Shown piece by piece: positions 48,837 to 59,300 of a stretch of 64,000 bases of DNA (position 1 is its first letter; each line of letters opens with the position of its first letter). The position numbers were made by a program, and so were the translations under genes. Origin of the DNA: Thraustochytrium aureum. Taxonomy: Eukaryota. Under the pieces are notes generated by a model that worked only from the letters and a program-made list of their open reading frames with translations, ran no database searches and had not been told where the DNA came from. Location: contig BLSG01000115.1 in assembly GCA_012862495.1 (NCBI GenBank), forward strand, positions 1 through 64,000, written 5' to 3'.

Positions 48837-49625
48837 ATGCGTCGCTCTGCAGGCAGCGCCTACCGAGCAGCCGCAGCGCTGCCGCCGCCCCCTGCGAGCA
48901 GTCTTCGGCCGGGGCTTGCGAAGCGGATTTCTTGCCCGAGATGGGCCTGGCGGCAGGTCCATGGCCAGCAGCCGCCGCTTCCGCCTGCTGTGCAGCAGGG
49001 CGGCGCCGACATTGAACGGCTGATCCGCGAGCACACCGCGCTGGAAACAGTGGAGGGGGTCCGCTTGCACCTCATTACCGAGGCGTGTGAGCTGTACCAC
49101 CACAGGGACGAGGCCACCTTGCCGTTCCCAGCGCCGTGGTGGGCCTTTTGCTGGCCAGGGGGCCGAGGCCTGACTCGCTACCTGATGGAGAACCCAGGCG
49201 TTGTCAAGGGGAGGCGCGTGCTCGACATCGGGTCTGGATGCGGAAGCGCTAGCGTGGCCTGCGTGCTTGGCGGCGCGCGCGAGGTCGTCGCCAACGACAT
49301 CGACCCTTTCGCACAAGCCGCGTTGCGCCTCAACCTGGAGAGCAACGGAGCGAGCCGCGAGGCAGCGTTGTTCTGCCAAGACGACCTTATTGGGCAAGAG
49401 AGCTCCGTTTTCAATGAGTTTGACGTCGTGTTGGTTGGAGATATGTTGTACGACCCAGACTTTTCGGGTGCGCTGATTGCGAGCTTGGCCCAGCACCAGT
49501 GCGTCCTGTTTGGAGACCCAGGTCGCGAGTACTGCCCTCGCGATATCAGCCCAGAGCAGGAGCTCGCCTCCTACGCTTACGGGCAGGACGGGTTTAGCTC
49601 CATCAAAGTCTTCAAGCTTCATTAG
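48837..49625 (+). CDS. ETFBKMT: ETF-beta lysine methyltransferase-like (METTL20/PrmA-like class I SAM methyltransferase), probably mitochondrial
   Basis: PFPAPWWAFCWPGGRGLTRYL, VLDIGSGCG, ANDIDP, VGDMLY and GDPGR motifs; Arg/Ala-rich N-terminus. Confidence 0.85.
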   Translation: MRRSAGSAYRAAAALPPPPASSLRPGLAKRISCPRWAWRQVHGQQPPLPPAVQQGGADIERLIREHTALETVEGVRLHLITEACELYHHRDEATLPFPAPWWAFCWPGGRGLTRYLMENPGVVKGRRVLDIGSGCGSASVACVLGGAREVVANDIDPFAQAALRLNLESNGASREAALFCQDDLIGQESSVFNEFDVVLVGDMLYDPDFSGALIASLAQHQCVLFGDPGREYCPRDISPEQELASYAYGQDGFSSIKVFKLH

Positions 49626-49650
49626 AGGGTGCTCTAGCGCAAGAGCATTT

Positions 49651-49812
49651 TGTTGGGCCGCAATTCTGTTGGGCCGCAATTCTGTTGGGCCGCAATTCTG
49701 TTGGGCCGCATTTCTGTTGGGCCGCAATTCTGTTGGTTCGCAATTCTGTTGGTTCGCATTTCTGTTGGGCCGCAATTCTGTTGGGCCGCATTTCTGTTGG
49801 TTCGCATTTCTG
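49651..49812. repeat. Minisatellite, 16-bp unit TGTTGG(GC/TT)CGCA(A/T)TTC x10
   Basis: Ten head-to-tail units with no spacers, immediately after the ETFBKMT stop. Confidence 0.95.
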
Positions 49813-51055
49813 CGTTCCGCTCCCCCTCGTTGGATGACTGTCTCGTCGGCGACTTTTGCGCAAGAGCAGGGGCCCTGCTTCTTCTCATCGCCTCCAGTAG
49901 GCCTGGTACCGCTGGATTGTCTACATGTGCAACGCGCAACTGACCGCGAACGGTTGCGCCCAAGGCCCATGGCGACGCGCGCGTTGCAAACGAGGTCGTC
50001 TCACTTGCGCTCTCTCTGCTGGAGGTATGCCGACACTGGAGACGAACGTGGCAAGACGCAATCACGGCGGCGCTCAGGAGCCGAGGAGGAGCTTGAGGCC
50101 GATCCCCGAAGCTGAGCGCGCGTAGCTCGGTTAGCACGTGGCGACTAGTTGCGATAGCGTCCCGCGCGCGACCGGCCAACCTACCGACAACGAGAAGCAG
50201 CACCAAAAGCGCGGCGAGCACGCGCTCCAGGCGGCCCGTCTTCGCCTCAAGGCGCCAGGACTCCTCCAGCAGCTCGCTTCCCGAGCAACGCCCGAGCATC
50301 GCGTCAGATTTGGTCGCTGGCAGCATCGTCCGCGCGGNNNNNNNNNNNNNNNNNNNNNNNNNNNNNNNNNNNNNNNNNNNNNNNNNNNNNNNNNNNNNNN
50401 NNNNNNNNNNNNNNNNNNNNNNNNNNNNNNNNNNNNNNNNNNNNNNNNNNNNNNNNNNNNNNNNNNNNNNNNNNNNNNNNNNNNNNNNNNNNNNNNNNNN
50501 NNNNNNNNNNNNNNNNNNNNNNNNNNNNNNNNNNNNNNNNNNNNNNNNNNNNNNNNNNNNNNNNNNNNNNNNNNNNNNNNNNNNNNNNNNNNNNNNNNNN
50601 NNNNNNNNNNNNNNNNNNNNNNNNNNNNNNNNNNNNNNNNNNNNNNNNNNNNNNNNNNNNNNNNNNNNNNNNNNNNNNNNNNNNNNNNNNNNNNNNNNNN
50701 NNNNNNNNNNNNNNNNNNNNNNNNNNNNNNNNNNNNNNNNNNNNNNNNNNNNNNNNNNNNNNNNNNNNNNNNNNNNNNNNNNNNNNNNNNNNNNNNNNNN
50801 NNNNNNNNNNNNNNNNNNNNNNNNNNNNNNNNNNNNNNNNNNNNNNNNNNNNNNNNNNNNNNNNNNNNNNNNNNNNNNNNNNNNNNNNNNNNNNNGGCGC
50901 CCCGGGATCCCTCGCGGGAAGCTCGCACGACGGCCAACTCGCGGCGGCCTGCTCGAGGCCCGGTCAAGGCGGCGTCCTGGGGGATGGTCGAGGAAGGCAC
51001 GCGAGGGAAGGACAAGGTCGGTGCGGCGCACGGGCTTGCCCCATACGCACGGAAG

Positions 51056-51120
51056 CGGCCTCGTTTCGCGCGGCCTCGTTTCGCGCGGCCTCGTTTCGCG
51101 CGGCCTCGTTTCGCGCGGCC
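51056..51120. repeat. Perfect tandem repeat CGGCCTCGTTTCGCG x4; a 29-bp duplication follows at 51161-51218
   Basis: Read directly, 110-175 bp upstream of the 51230 ATG. Confidence 0.9.
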
Positions 51121-51229
51121 GTGGGTCGGCCCACGCCAGGCCTCTACGGCTTTGGAGAATCGACGGCTGAGGGCCGGCGACGTGGCGCTCGACGGCTGAG
51201 GGCTGGCGACGTGGCGCTCGACAGCAGGC

Positions 51230-54200
51230 ATGGCTTGGCTGCAGTTTGCTGCTGTCCTCGCGACGGCTGCTGCGCTTGCTGGAGCAAGCGATGCGATCGG
51301 GCCGGAGCCAGGCGCGCCGCTCGCAGACCACCTCGTGAGAATCGCCGTGATGAAGGAGGAGCCGATCGGGCGGCACGCACTGTGGGAGCCCACATTTACC
51401 GACTATGTGGCAAACGTTCTCAGCGCGGGCTCGGCGCTCTCGGGGACTGTCCGCGTGGAGACACTGCTTGTGGACAGCGCTGGCTTACTCGACGCTATTA
51501 AAAGCAAGGCCGTGGACTTTGTCCTCGGAGAGCCGACGACAGTGCTGTGCGCCGCGATGAGCTACGACCTCGCCCCTGTGCTCACGATCCACCGACTGAC
51601 GCTCGGCCTCGAGATGAGCATGGTCGGCGGCGTCGCTATCTGCAGGGCAAACGATACTGCTATTTCTTCTCTGCAAGACCTGCGAGGCAGGCTGGTTGCT
51701 GCGGAGGCGCTCCATTCGATGTCTGGCGGCCAGATGCAGTTCGCGTCGCTGAGGGAAGCCGGCGTCGAGTTCCTGGCAGATCTGGCCCAGCTTCGACTCG
51801 CGTTCTCCCAGGCCCAGGTGGTGCAGGACGTTGCAAGTGGCATGGTGGACGCCGGCTTCGTTGCTTGGGACACAGTGGCCAGAATGGCTGCTGAAGGCAT
51901 GGTTGACGCATCTGCACTCCGAGTGATCGGTCGAGAAACGGACGATACGGGCAGCAGCGACCAGCCGTTCCCCTCGACGACGCCTCTGATACCCGAGTGG
52001 CCTCTTGCAGCGTTGGGTCATGTTGATGCAACCACGCTGACGGCAGTGGTGGAGGCACTTCTCGCCCTAAATAGCTCGAGCGATGCGGCGCGCCAAGGCC
52101 ACTTCCAGTCCTTTCAGCCAGCGATGAGCTATCGGGCCGCGACCAAGGTGTTGGCAGACAACCACATGATCCAGACGGGAGCGGATGGCGAGCCGCGTTG
52201 CGCTCTGCCCGGCTCTGAGCCTCGCCTCGAGCCCTTTCGATGCCCTGCGGGGACATACCTTGTTGACGAGGTGGAGCTGGCGGGGCGCTGCGCTGCTCAA
52301 TCGAGTGCGGACGTCAGAATGGTATGCCCAGCTGCCTACACGTGCCTTTGCTCGCCGTGCCAAAAGGGTGTCGATCTCGAAGTCTTTGCTTTGGACGTGC
52401 TCGATGGCAGCGCTGCGCCCGCGCGGTCGGCTGCACCTTGCGAGAAAATGGCGTCCTGCGGGTCGTGGAGCGCAGACAGCGGGGACAGCGTTGGGCTCGT
52501 GGTGTGGGACCACCTAGCAGGCGGAGCGCCGCCCAGCGCTGGCGACGGATTGGCGAGCCCGGCCCGAGCCACGGTGTACAACGAGTTGATTCCCAATGGG
52601 GCACGCCAGGTGAGCGGGACTGCGCTGGAGAGCCTCGCGGGAGCATACGTTCTGGATTTGTCGCCTTTGCTGCGCGAGGGACGCAACTTGGTGGAGATTC
52701 ACGTGGACGGGCGCGAGGTTGGGGCCTCGCCGCTCTTCGTCGACGTCGGGAAGGGCCCCAAAAAACTCACGGAAGGCTTAAAGGTTGCGCTTTACTTTAG
52801 TGTGGTGGGTCTTTGCGTGATCCTCGCGGCTCTTGGGCGGCAGTACGTGAAAAAGTCGACCAAGAGCATGGGCAGCTCGCGCTGGGTGCGCGTCTTTTAC
52901 CGCAAGACGGTGAAGATTTCGGTGGTCATGGCGCTCGAGATTTTTGAGGCGCTCACTCTCGTGATGGAGTGCGTCTTCCTGTGGTTCGACCCCACCCTGG
53001 CTCACTTGCAGCTACCATATCTTGTGTTTACCGTGATAGGTGTCGTCTTTACGATTGCTTCGGTGCGCAAACGTGTGGAAACGATGAGGAAGGCCACGTG
53101 GCGCCTTCCAGGATTGACGTTTCGTGCCGCACGGGGCGCGTTGCGTGGCATGACGGTTCGATTTGGCATTAGCCAAAGGGGCGGCGGTTCCAGCAGCGGC
53201 GAATGTAAGCATGCCCTTGGCGGCGCTGCCGCCCGCTATAAGGAAAAGTTGGGGCCACCCTCGCCAATGTCAATCAGCAGAGCAAATGGGACGGTCCACC
53301 CGGAAGACTTGATGTCCAGCACCAGTCTGGGGGGTACAGAAGCGCGGGGCTCAGCTGCCTTTGCGCCCACTTGGAACGGTTCGGGCCCAGTCGAGCCGGC
53401 CAAAGTTATCCCAATGCACGCGACGCGCGACATGCAAGTTAGCGCAAAAACAAGATTCCACGCCTTTGCGCGGAGTTCGTCCGTGCGATGGATCGACGCA
53501 GCTAACGCGCTGCTTGTCGAGTGCGAGGAGCACATCAACGCGGACCTGTTCCACGTCTACGTGGGGCTAACGCAGGACCTGCCCATGATTGTGCTCAACC
53601 TCCTGGTGGTCAGGCAGGTGGAGACCCCCAACTTGGTCGTTCTTCTAGCCCTCTTCTTCACGACGGTGTCCTTCACGCACAACCTCATGACGATTATGCA
53701 CATTCGCGTCCTGCGCGAGCGCGAGTGCGAGCTCCGTGAGATAAAGAACGTGTGGTCGCATTTCTCGGGCCGTCAGCTGGACGCCACGGGACTGTTTAAC
53801 GACCTGGACGACCTGGAGGAGGACGACAAGCTGCAGACCCCGCTCGCTGATATTGTGCGCAAGGTTGTCAAAGACCTGCACGACCACTTCGAGAGGCGGC
53901 AGCGCCGCCGCAGCCGGGGTTTGGCGGGTTCTGGCGTCCCGCTCGAGCCCGCTGCAGAAGAAGGTGATGAGCTTCGCGAGCGCGGATCGCCAGGGCCACT
54001 CAACTTGAACACCGACGGAGGCACCGGGGTGGGTATTGACACGGGCGACGACGAGGCGAGTGAGGTCGCAAGCGAGGTGAAGAAAGCCGCAGCCCAAGGC
54101 CATACGCAGAAAAAACGCGACTCGGGAGGCGACGCACTTACTGCCTCAAGCACGCCGGCCGGGGCCAAAGACAAGTCCGAGAATCAAGCGGGTGATTCAA

Positions 54201-54283
54201 CCACGCCGACAGGTCTAAAGGAGGAGTTGGAGGACCACGCGGGTCGTGCGGAGGGCGAGGGATTGGCGCTTGATGAAAAATAA
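51230..54283 (+). CDS. Receptor-like membrane protein: signal peptide, phosphonate-binding (PBP2, PhnD/TtrS-like) domain, Cys-rich and filamin-like segments, ~5 TM helices, acidic tail
   Basis: Signal peptide MAWLQFAAVLATAAALAGA; AISSLQDLRGRLVAA..SMSGGQMQ, QAQVVQDVASGMVDAGFV and TTPLIPEWPLAAL (PBP2); GAYVLDLSP..GRNLVEIHVDGREVGASPLFVDV (filamin-like); hydrophobic helices including TQDLPMIVLN. Confidence 0.8.
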   Translation: MAWLQFAAVLATAAALAGASDAIGPEPGAPLADHLVRIAVMKEEPIGRHALWEPTFTDYVANVLSAGSALSGTVRVETLLVDSAGLLDAIKSKAVDFVLGEPTTVLCAAMSYDLAPVLTIHRLTLGLEMSMVGGVAICRANDTAISSLQDLRGRLVAAEALHSMSGGQMQFASLREAGVEFLADLAQLRLAFSQAQVVQDVASGMVDAGFVAWDTVARMAAEGMVDASALRVIGRETDDTGSSDQPFPSTTPLIPEWPLAALGHVDATTLTAVVEALLALNSSSDAARQGHFQSFQPAMSYRAATKVLADNHMIQTGADGEPRCALPGSEPRLEPFRCPAGTYLVDEVELAGRCAAQSSADVRMVCPAAYTCLCSPCQKGVDLEVFALDVLDGSAAPARSAAPCEKMASCGSWSADSGDSVGLVVWDHLAGGAPPSAGDGLASPARATVYNELIPNGARQVSGTALESLAGAYVLDLSPLLREGRNLVEIHVDGREVGASPLFVDVGKGPKKLTEGLKVALYFSVVGLCVILAALGRQYVKKSTKSMGSSRWVRVFYRKTVKISVVMALEIFEALTLVMECVFLWFDPTLAHLQLPYLVFTVIGVVFTIASVRKRVETMRKATWRLPGLTFRAARGALRGMTVRFGISQRGGGSSSGECKHALGGAAARYKEKLGPPSPMSISRANGTVHPEDLMSSTSLGGTEARGSAAFAPTWNGSGPVEPAKVIPMHATRDMQVSAKTRFHAFARSSSVRWIDAANALLVECEEHINADLFHVYVGLTQDLPMIVLNLLVVRQVETPNLVVLLALFFTTVSFTHNLMTIMHIRVLRERECELREIKNVWSHFSGRQLDATGLFNDLDDLEEDDKLQTPLADIVRKVVKDLHDHFERRQRRRSRGLAGSGVPLEPAAEEGDELRERGSPGPLNLNTDGGTGVGIDTGDDEASEVASEVKKAAAQGHTQKKRDSGGDALTASSTPAGAKDKSENQAGDSTTPTGLKEELEDHAGRAEGEGLALDEK

Positions 54284-54482
54284 CAACATGGCCCAAGACA
54301 GCTGTTGGCGGCTTCGCTTCCAGCACCAAGCCGGGGGGGAGGGGTGCGAGAAGGGTGAGGAACTGGCGCAGGAACGGTGGAAAGAATGAGAACATGTCGC
54401 TGTTGCCGGCGGTTCAGGCGGTGTCGCCTCCGTGCCGTTAAATGTATAAAAACACAATGTTCTTCCATACCTCACGGCGTCC

Positions 54483-56366
54483 TCAAATGGTGAATTGAGG
54501 CAGCGACATGATCTCTGGGTACATGCGTGATACCTCCTGGAACGTCGAGTAGATCTTTTTGCCCTTCAGGCGGTAGTGCATGCGAAACACGGCAGGCGTG
54601 CCGTCGATCTTGCGCGACGCAACCTGATACTTGACTTCGCCGCGAAGCACCAGAAGAGGCGCGATGTCGCGCAAGCAAAACCAATGCAGCAGGTTCGATC
54701 GGATGATGCTGAGCGTGGATCGGCCAGCCAAATCGCCGCCCATGATGAGCTGCGCGCTGCGGTCGCTACTGACATACTGTCCAGTGAGGGCATCCAAGCA
54801 CGCCCTCCCGATCGGACCATGCGCTTGGTCGAAATGAAACTGGCCAGGAGGCAGAAATCGAAACGAGCTGCTGAAGCGCGGATCCTGAGCAACGAGCACC
54901 TCTAAGGGCTGCGAGAGGAGGCTGTTGAGCGAGGGCGAGCAGTATGAGCCAGCGAGCCGCAGCGCCGAGTCGAAAATCGCACGAATTACATCTGGCGAAA
55001 TGCAGTTGCAGATAACCTTGGCAAGGTTGGCTCGCGTGGTCAACGCCGTAGAGCCAAGGTCGAGAACAAGCGGGAGCCCCATCTCCGGGTGTGCGTGTGC
55101 GGGGCTCTGGAGAAACTCGGACTCCTTGATCTCGAACGAATCTAAGAGAAAGCGGAGCATTTGCGCTTCCCTTCTCCACGCGGCCCTGGTCTCTGCAAGC
55201 TTCCTGGCGGCGACGGGGTCTTGGGCGGCAGCTTGGCTCAGGCTGTCTACTACGGCGCTGGCCTGGTCTGCGAAAAAGGTGCGCTGCTTTTTGTGAATCG
55301 GCGACTCAGCGAGCTTTCCTGGTGGGGCTCGGGTGCTGGTGTCGGTGCTGGAGCTGGCGCTGGTGCTGGAGGTGACGCCGCAGTACTCGTCACTTTGAGC
55401 CAAACTTGGCCTTCGCGCATCGCCGAAAAAAGCTGGTTGAGGCGACCCAAACGACTGAGCGCCGCGAGAGAACCCGGCAGGCGGGGGCTCCGTGTCGCCA
55501 TGACCAGTGTACGAGAGCAATTCGATCAGCTCTTGCTCGAGCTCGGCAGCGAATGGTGCGTTGTTGTACTCCGGTTCAACTGTGGCGACTGCCCGGTTGC
55601 TGACGTGCGAGGCAAGCACAGGCCGGTTTTGATGCACATGCAGGTGGTCTTGGTTGCTGGAAAGGTAGTCACTGTCTTGGGGGACGTTTGGGATCATGAG
55701 GTCCGGGGCAGCTCCGTGGAACTCGGTTTCGCCCCGCGTAGTGTCTGTTGCGTCGGCTGTGCTCGAGTCTGGCCTCGCGGCTTTGCGCTGCTTGCTTTGC
55801 ATGGTATTGCGCTGTTCGTGAAACCCGGTGGCCCTGAATCCCGAGCGACCGATGAGAACGTCCTTGCCCTCTTTGTCGCGATGGCCCTGAAAGCACGGCC
55901 ATACAACGCGAGCTCGCAGGCGCGGCAAGAGGTCTACTTCGACCGGCGCTGGGAAGGCGCGGCGCTTTTTTGTGCCGGTTACATGCGCTGTGATAGTCCT
56001 GCGAAAGCTGTCCTCTGGGGTGGCAGGGTCTGATCGGCGCGAGCGAAGCCACATCTCGTAGCAGTGGCGACTGAGAATGCCGGAGGCGTCGCACTTGGTC
56101 TGCTCCTCATCTAGCCACCGGACGTGCTGCATGAACGTTTCGAAGGAGGTGAGGCCCTGTTCGTCTGTGGCGGGCGCTCGCGGGCTGAAGCTACTTGGCA
56201 TGTGTTGGGTGAGCGGTGGGAACAGTGGCATCGACTGTCGGTGGAGCAAGGATGGGGCGGCCATGCTGTGCTTTGGCTTTGGGCGTGGGGTTTGTTGTTG
56301 CGTGTCTGCGGGCCGAATGGAGTCTCGCGGGACCTTGGGCCTGGAGCCCTCGTCCATGTGGCACAC
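54483..56366 (-). CDS. Protein with the same unassigned N-terminal domain as 28364..29161 plus a C-terminal PAS/PAC-like domain
   Basis: SGILSRHCYEMWL...PEDSFRRTI...FPAPVEVDLL..LRARVVWPCF...IGRSGFRATGFHE. The C-terminus LDALTGQYVSSDRSAQLIMGGDLAGRS...RKIDGTPAVF...STFQEVS follows the PAS/PAC pattern. Confidence 0.8.
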   Translation of the reverse strand: MCHMDEGSRPKVPRDSIRPADTQQQTPRPKPKHSMAAPSLLHRQSMPLFPPLTQHMPSSFSPRAPATDEQGLTSFETFMQHVRWLDEEQTKCDASGILSRHCYEMWLRSRRSDPATPEDSFRRTITAHVTGTKKRRAFPAPVEVDLLPRLRARVVWPCFQGHRDKEGKDVLIGRSGFRATGFHEQRNTMQSKQRKAARPDSSTADATDTTRGETEFHGAAPDLMIPNVPQDSDYLSSNQDHLHVHQNRPVLASHVSNRAVATVEPEYNNAPFAAELEQELIELLSYTGHGDTEPPPAGFSRGAQSFGSPQPAFFGDARRPSLAQSDEYCGVTSSTSASSSTDTSTRAPPGKLAESPIHKKQRTFFADQASAVVDSLSQAAAQDPVAARKLAETRAAWRREAQMLRFLLDSFEIKESEFLQSPAHAHPEMGLPLVLDLGSTALTTRANLAKVICNCISPDVIRAIFDSALRLAGSYCSPSLNSLLSQPLEVLVAQDPRFSSSFRFLPPGQFHFDQAHGPIGRACLDALTGQYVSSDRSAQLIMGGDLAGRSTLSIIRSNLLHWFCLRDIAPLLVLRGEVKYQVASRKIDGTPAVFRMHYRLKGKKIYSTFQEVSRMYPEIMSLPQFTI

Positions 56367-59300
56367 TGCCCCTTGTGCGAGAGCCTGGCGCGCCTCAGGA
56401 CGCTGAACGATTGCTTCTGCCGCCTTGTCACGCCGAATCGTTGCGCGCGTGGATTGCTGAGCTACGACTTGGGATCACTTGGGATCAGGAGCAGGCAGCC
56501 AACTGCGGGCAGCTGGCTTGCGTTTGGCAGAGGGGTGGGTTGGCGGTACGTGGGCTGAGGATGCTCGTCAGCTCGGGAACTGTAGCGGATTGGTTGGTTG
56601 AACGGCCGGCCTCAAAATACGCGCAGTACGCAAACTCCTCCGCGGGCCTTCTGGGCGAGAGCTTGAAAGTACAAGCGAGTCGAACCCGGCGGCGCTTGCC
56701 GTCCCTGGCTGGAGGCCTGGCACGTACCGCTGTATTCAGCGCGGCCGTCGCACTGAAAGGGGTGTCTGGGGCAGGCGCGCACGAACGGTCACTGCTCCTC
56801 CTCGAGCGAGGAAGACCCGAGCGAGCGAGCGAGCGAGCGAGCGAGGCAGACTCGCGGGCTTGGTTTGGCGACCAAGACCGCCTGGCTTCGCGGAGGCGAG
56901 AGGAGCTGGTATCCAGCTCTCGCTCGAGCTTGCGCTAGGCCTAGCTGGAGTCTGCTGGCCGTCAAATACGCGCTCTGTATTCCGGCGCGAAGCGAGCGGC
57001 GAGCGAGGGGCCCATGTGGAGTGAGCGCGACCTGGTGCAGTTCGGTCGTCGTTGGCGCTCTGCGGCACGAGCTGGCGCTTGTGCGCCCCTTTCGCGGCGC
57101 AGAAAGATGGGATGCGAAAGCGTCTGTTCTGCTCCGTTCTGATCATTCTCACAGTGCTACACGACCCACATAGTCGAGCAGCTGAAACGCTGCAAAACAG
57201 ACCAACGCCTGGCACCGCCTGTCTAACGCACACCTCCAATGTCTCCTCGGTGTTCTGAGCCAGCCCGCCAGTCCTTGTGTCCTTTCTACGCAGGGCGTGC
57301 GCTGCCAGCAGACCAACACGAGTAGTTGAGCAGCAAGCATTCCTTGTCGCGACTCCTTGGCTCGCTCGCTGCAAAAAGGCGCAGCTCAGCCGCGCAGCGC
57401 TGTGCGGCGCAGCTTGGCGCAGCTTAGCGCGAGCCTGATGTGCGTGCATGTGCACCGGTACGCTGACGGCATTCGTTCACGTTGGTGATGCACGGAGCAG
57501 TCCTTGAGCACCAGCTTCTGAAGGCGCTCGTAAAGCGGCCCCCTCTCATTGCTTCCCCTTGGCGCTTCAGAGGGAAAACTACAGTTCCGGCTTGTCGAAN
57601 NNNNNNNNNNNNNNNNNNNNNNNNNNNNNNNNNNNNNNNNNNNNNNNNNNNNNNNNNNNNNNNNNNNNNNNNNNNNNNNNNNNNNNNNNNNNNNNNNNNN
57701 NNNNNNNNNNNNNNNNNNNNNNNNNNNNNNNNNNNNNNNNNNNNNNNNNNNNNNNNNNNNNNNNNNNNNNNNNNNNNNNNNNNNNNNNNNNNNNNNNNNN
57801 NNNNNNNNNNNNNNNNNNNNNNNNNNNNNNNNNNNNNNNNNNNNNNNNNNNNNNNNNNNNNNNNNNNNNNNNNNNNNNNNNNNNNNNNNNNNNNNNNNNN
57901 NNNNNNNNNNNNNNNNNNNNNNNNNNNNNNNNNNNNNNNNNNNNNNNNNNNNNNNNNNNNNNNNNNNNNNNNNNNNNNNNNNNNNNNNNNNNNNNNNNNN
58001 NNNNNNNNNNNNNNNNNNNNNNNNNNNNNNNNNNNNNNNNNNNNNNNNNNNNNNNNNNNNNNNNNNNNNNNNNNNNNNNNNNNNNNNNNNNNNNNNNNNN
58101 NNNNNNNNNNNNNNNNNNNNNNNNNNNNNNNNNNNNNNNNNNNNNNNNNNNNNNNNNNNNNNNNNNNNNNNNNNNNNNNNNNNNNNNNNNNNNNNNNNNN
58201 NNNNNNNNNNNNNNNNNNNNNNNNNNNNNNNNNNNNNNNNNNNNNNNNNNNNNNNNNNNNNNNNNNNNNNNNNNNNNNNNNNNNNNNNNNNNNNNNNNNN
58301 NNNNNNNNNNNNNNNNNNNNNNNNNNNNNNNNNNNNNNNNNNNNNNNNNNNNNNNNNNNNNNNNNNNNNNNNNNNNNNNNNNNNNNNNNNNNNNNNNNNN
58401 NNNNNNNNNNNNNNNNNNNNNNNNNNNNNNNNNNNNNNNNNNNNCGTATCCTGGGCGCATGGCTTCCAGGGAAGGTGTTGCTATCTGCAGTCGGCCGCAG
58501 GCGCAGCCCTCTTTACGTGCGCAGCCCCCGTACGGCGTGCAGATCTCGCTTGCTTTTTGATAGAAAGAACTCGAATGGACTTGTTTTGTACTAGTTGCAT
58601 TCTCTGAACCACGGAGATAGGACTTGGTGTCCGGCTGTGGCGTCGGGCTCTGTGCCTGGGAAAAACCCGCGCATGCGGAGTATGATCATGCCCCAAATAC
58701 GACCAAAAGCGCAAGCACAATATTGCCGTCGCGGGACGCCGACAAGGCCTCGTTCGACAATCCCAGCGCAGCCGGAAGGCAGGTGAACACACAAGAGTTT
58801 GGCTAAGCCTTTTGCAGGGCTTGCCGCCCGGTTTCCAGGACGGAGGGTAGCATGCGGCGGCTCGCCTTTCACATGCGGCGTCAGACGAGACGTATTGCTC
58901 CGTGCTCGCACAGATACAGGGCCGCTGCAGCTCACAATACAACAGTGGGGCTATCGCACTCTGTCGCTGTCCCTCTTCAAGCTGGTAAAAGAGTGGTGCG
59001 GACTTGGCGCGACGATGCTTGCCAAACACCTTAGGGACTGAAGCTCTCGGCAACCGCGAATAGCTCGCCGAGTATCATTCATCCTGGCGGCCGAGGCTTT
59101 GAAATCTCCACTCCGTGTGGCTCTTTCTCCAGGGCAAGCTGCAGCGTGAGTGCGGCAAACTCTGCCTCTTAGTGCGTTCGCTCGCTCCAAAGTAAGTTGC
59201 GAGCTTTTGCAAGAACAGCCGCGGAGTTCGACGATCCCCAAGAACTCCCACGGCCGCCGCGGCGGAATCGCCGCGCTCAACTGCAGTTGGGCAAGAAAAA

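Noticed and set aside
49651..49812. Possible CRISPR-like array
   Set aside because: Units are directly adjacent with no unique spacers, there are no cas genes, and the context is eukaryotic; it is a minisatellite.
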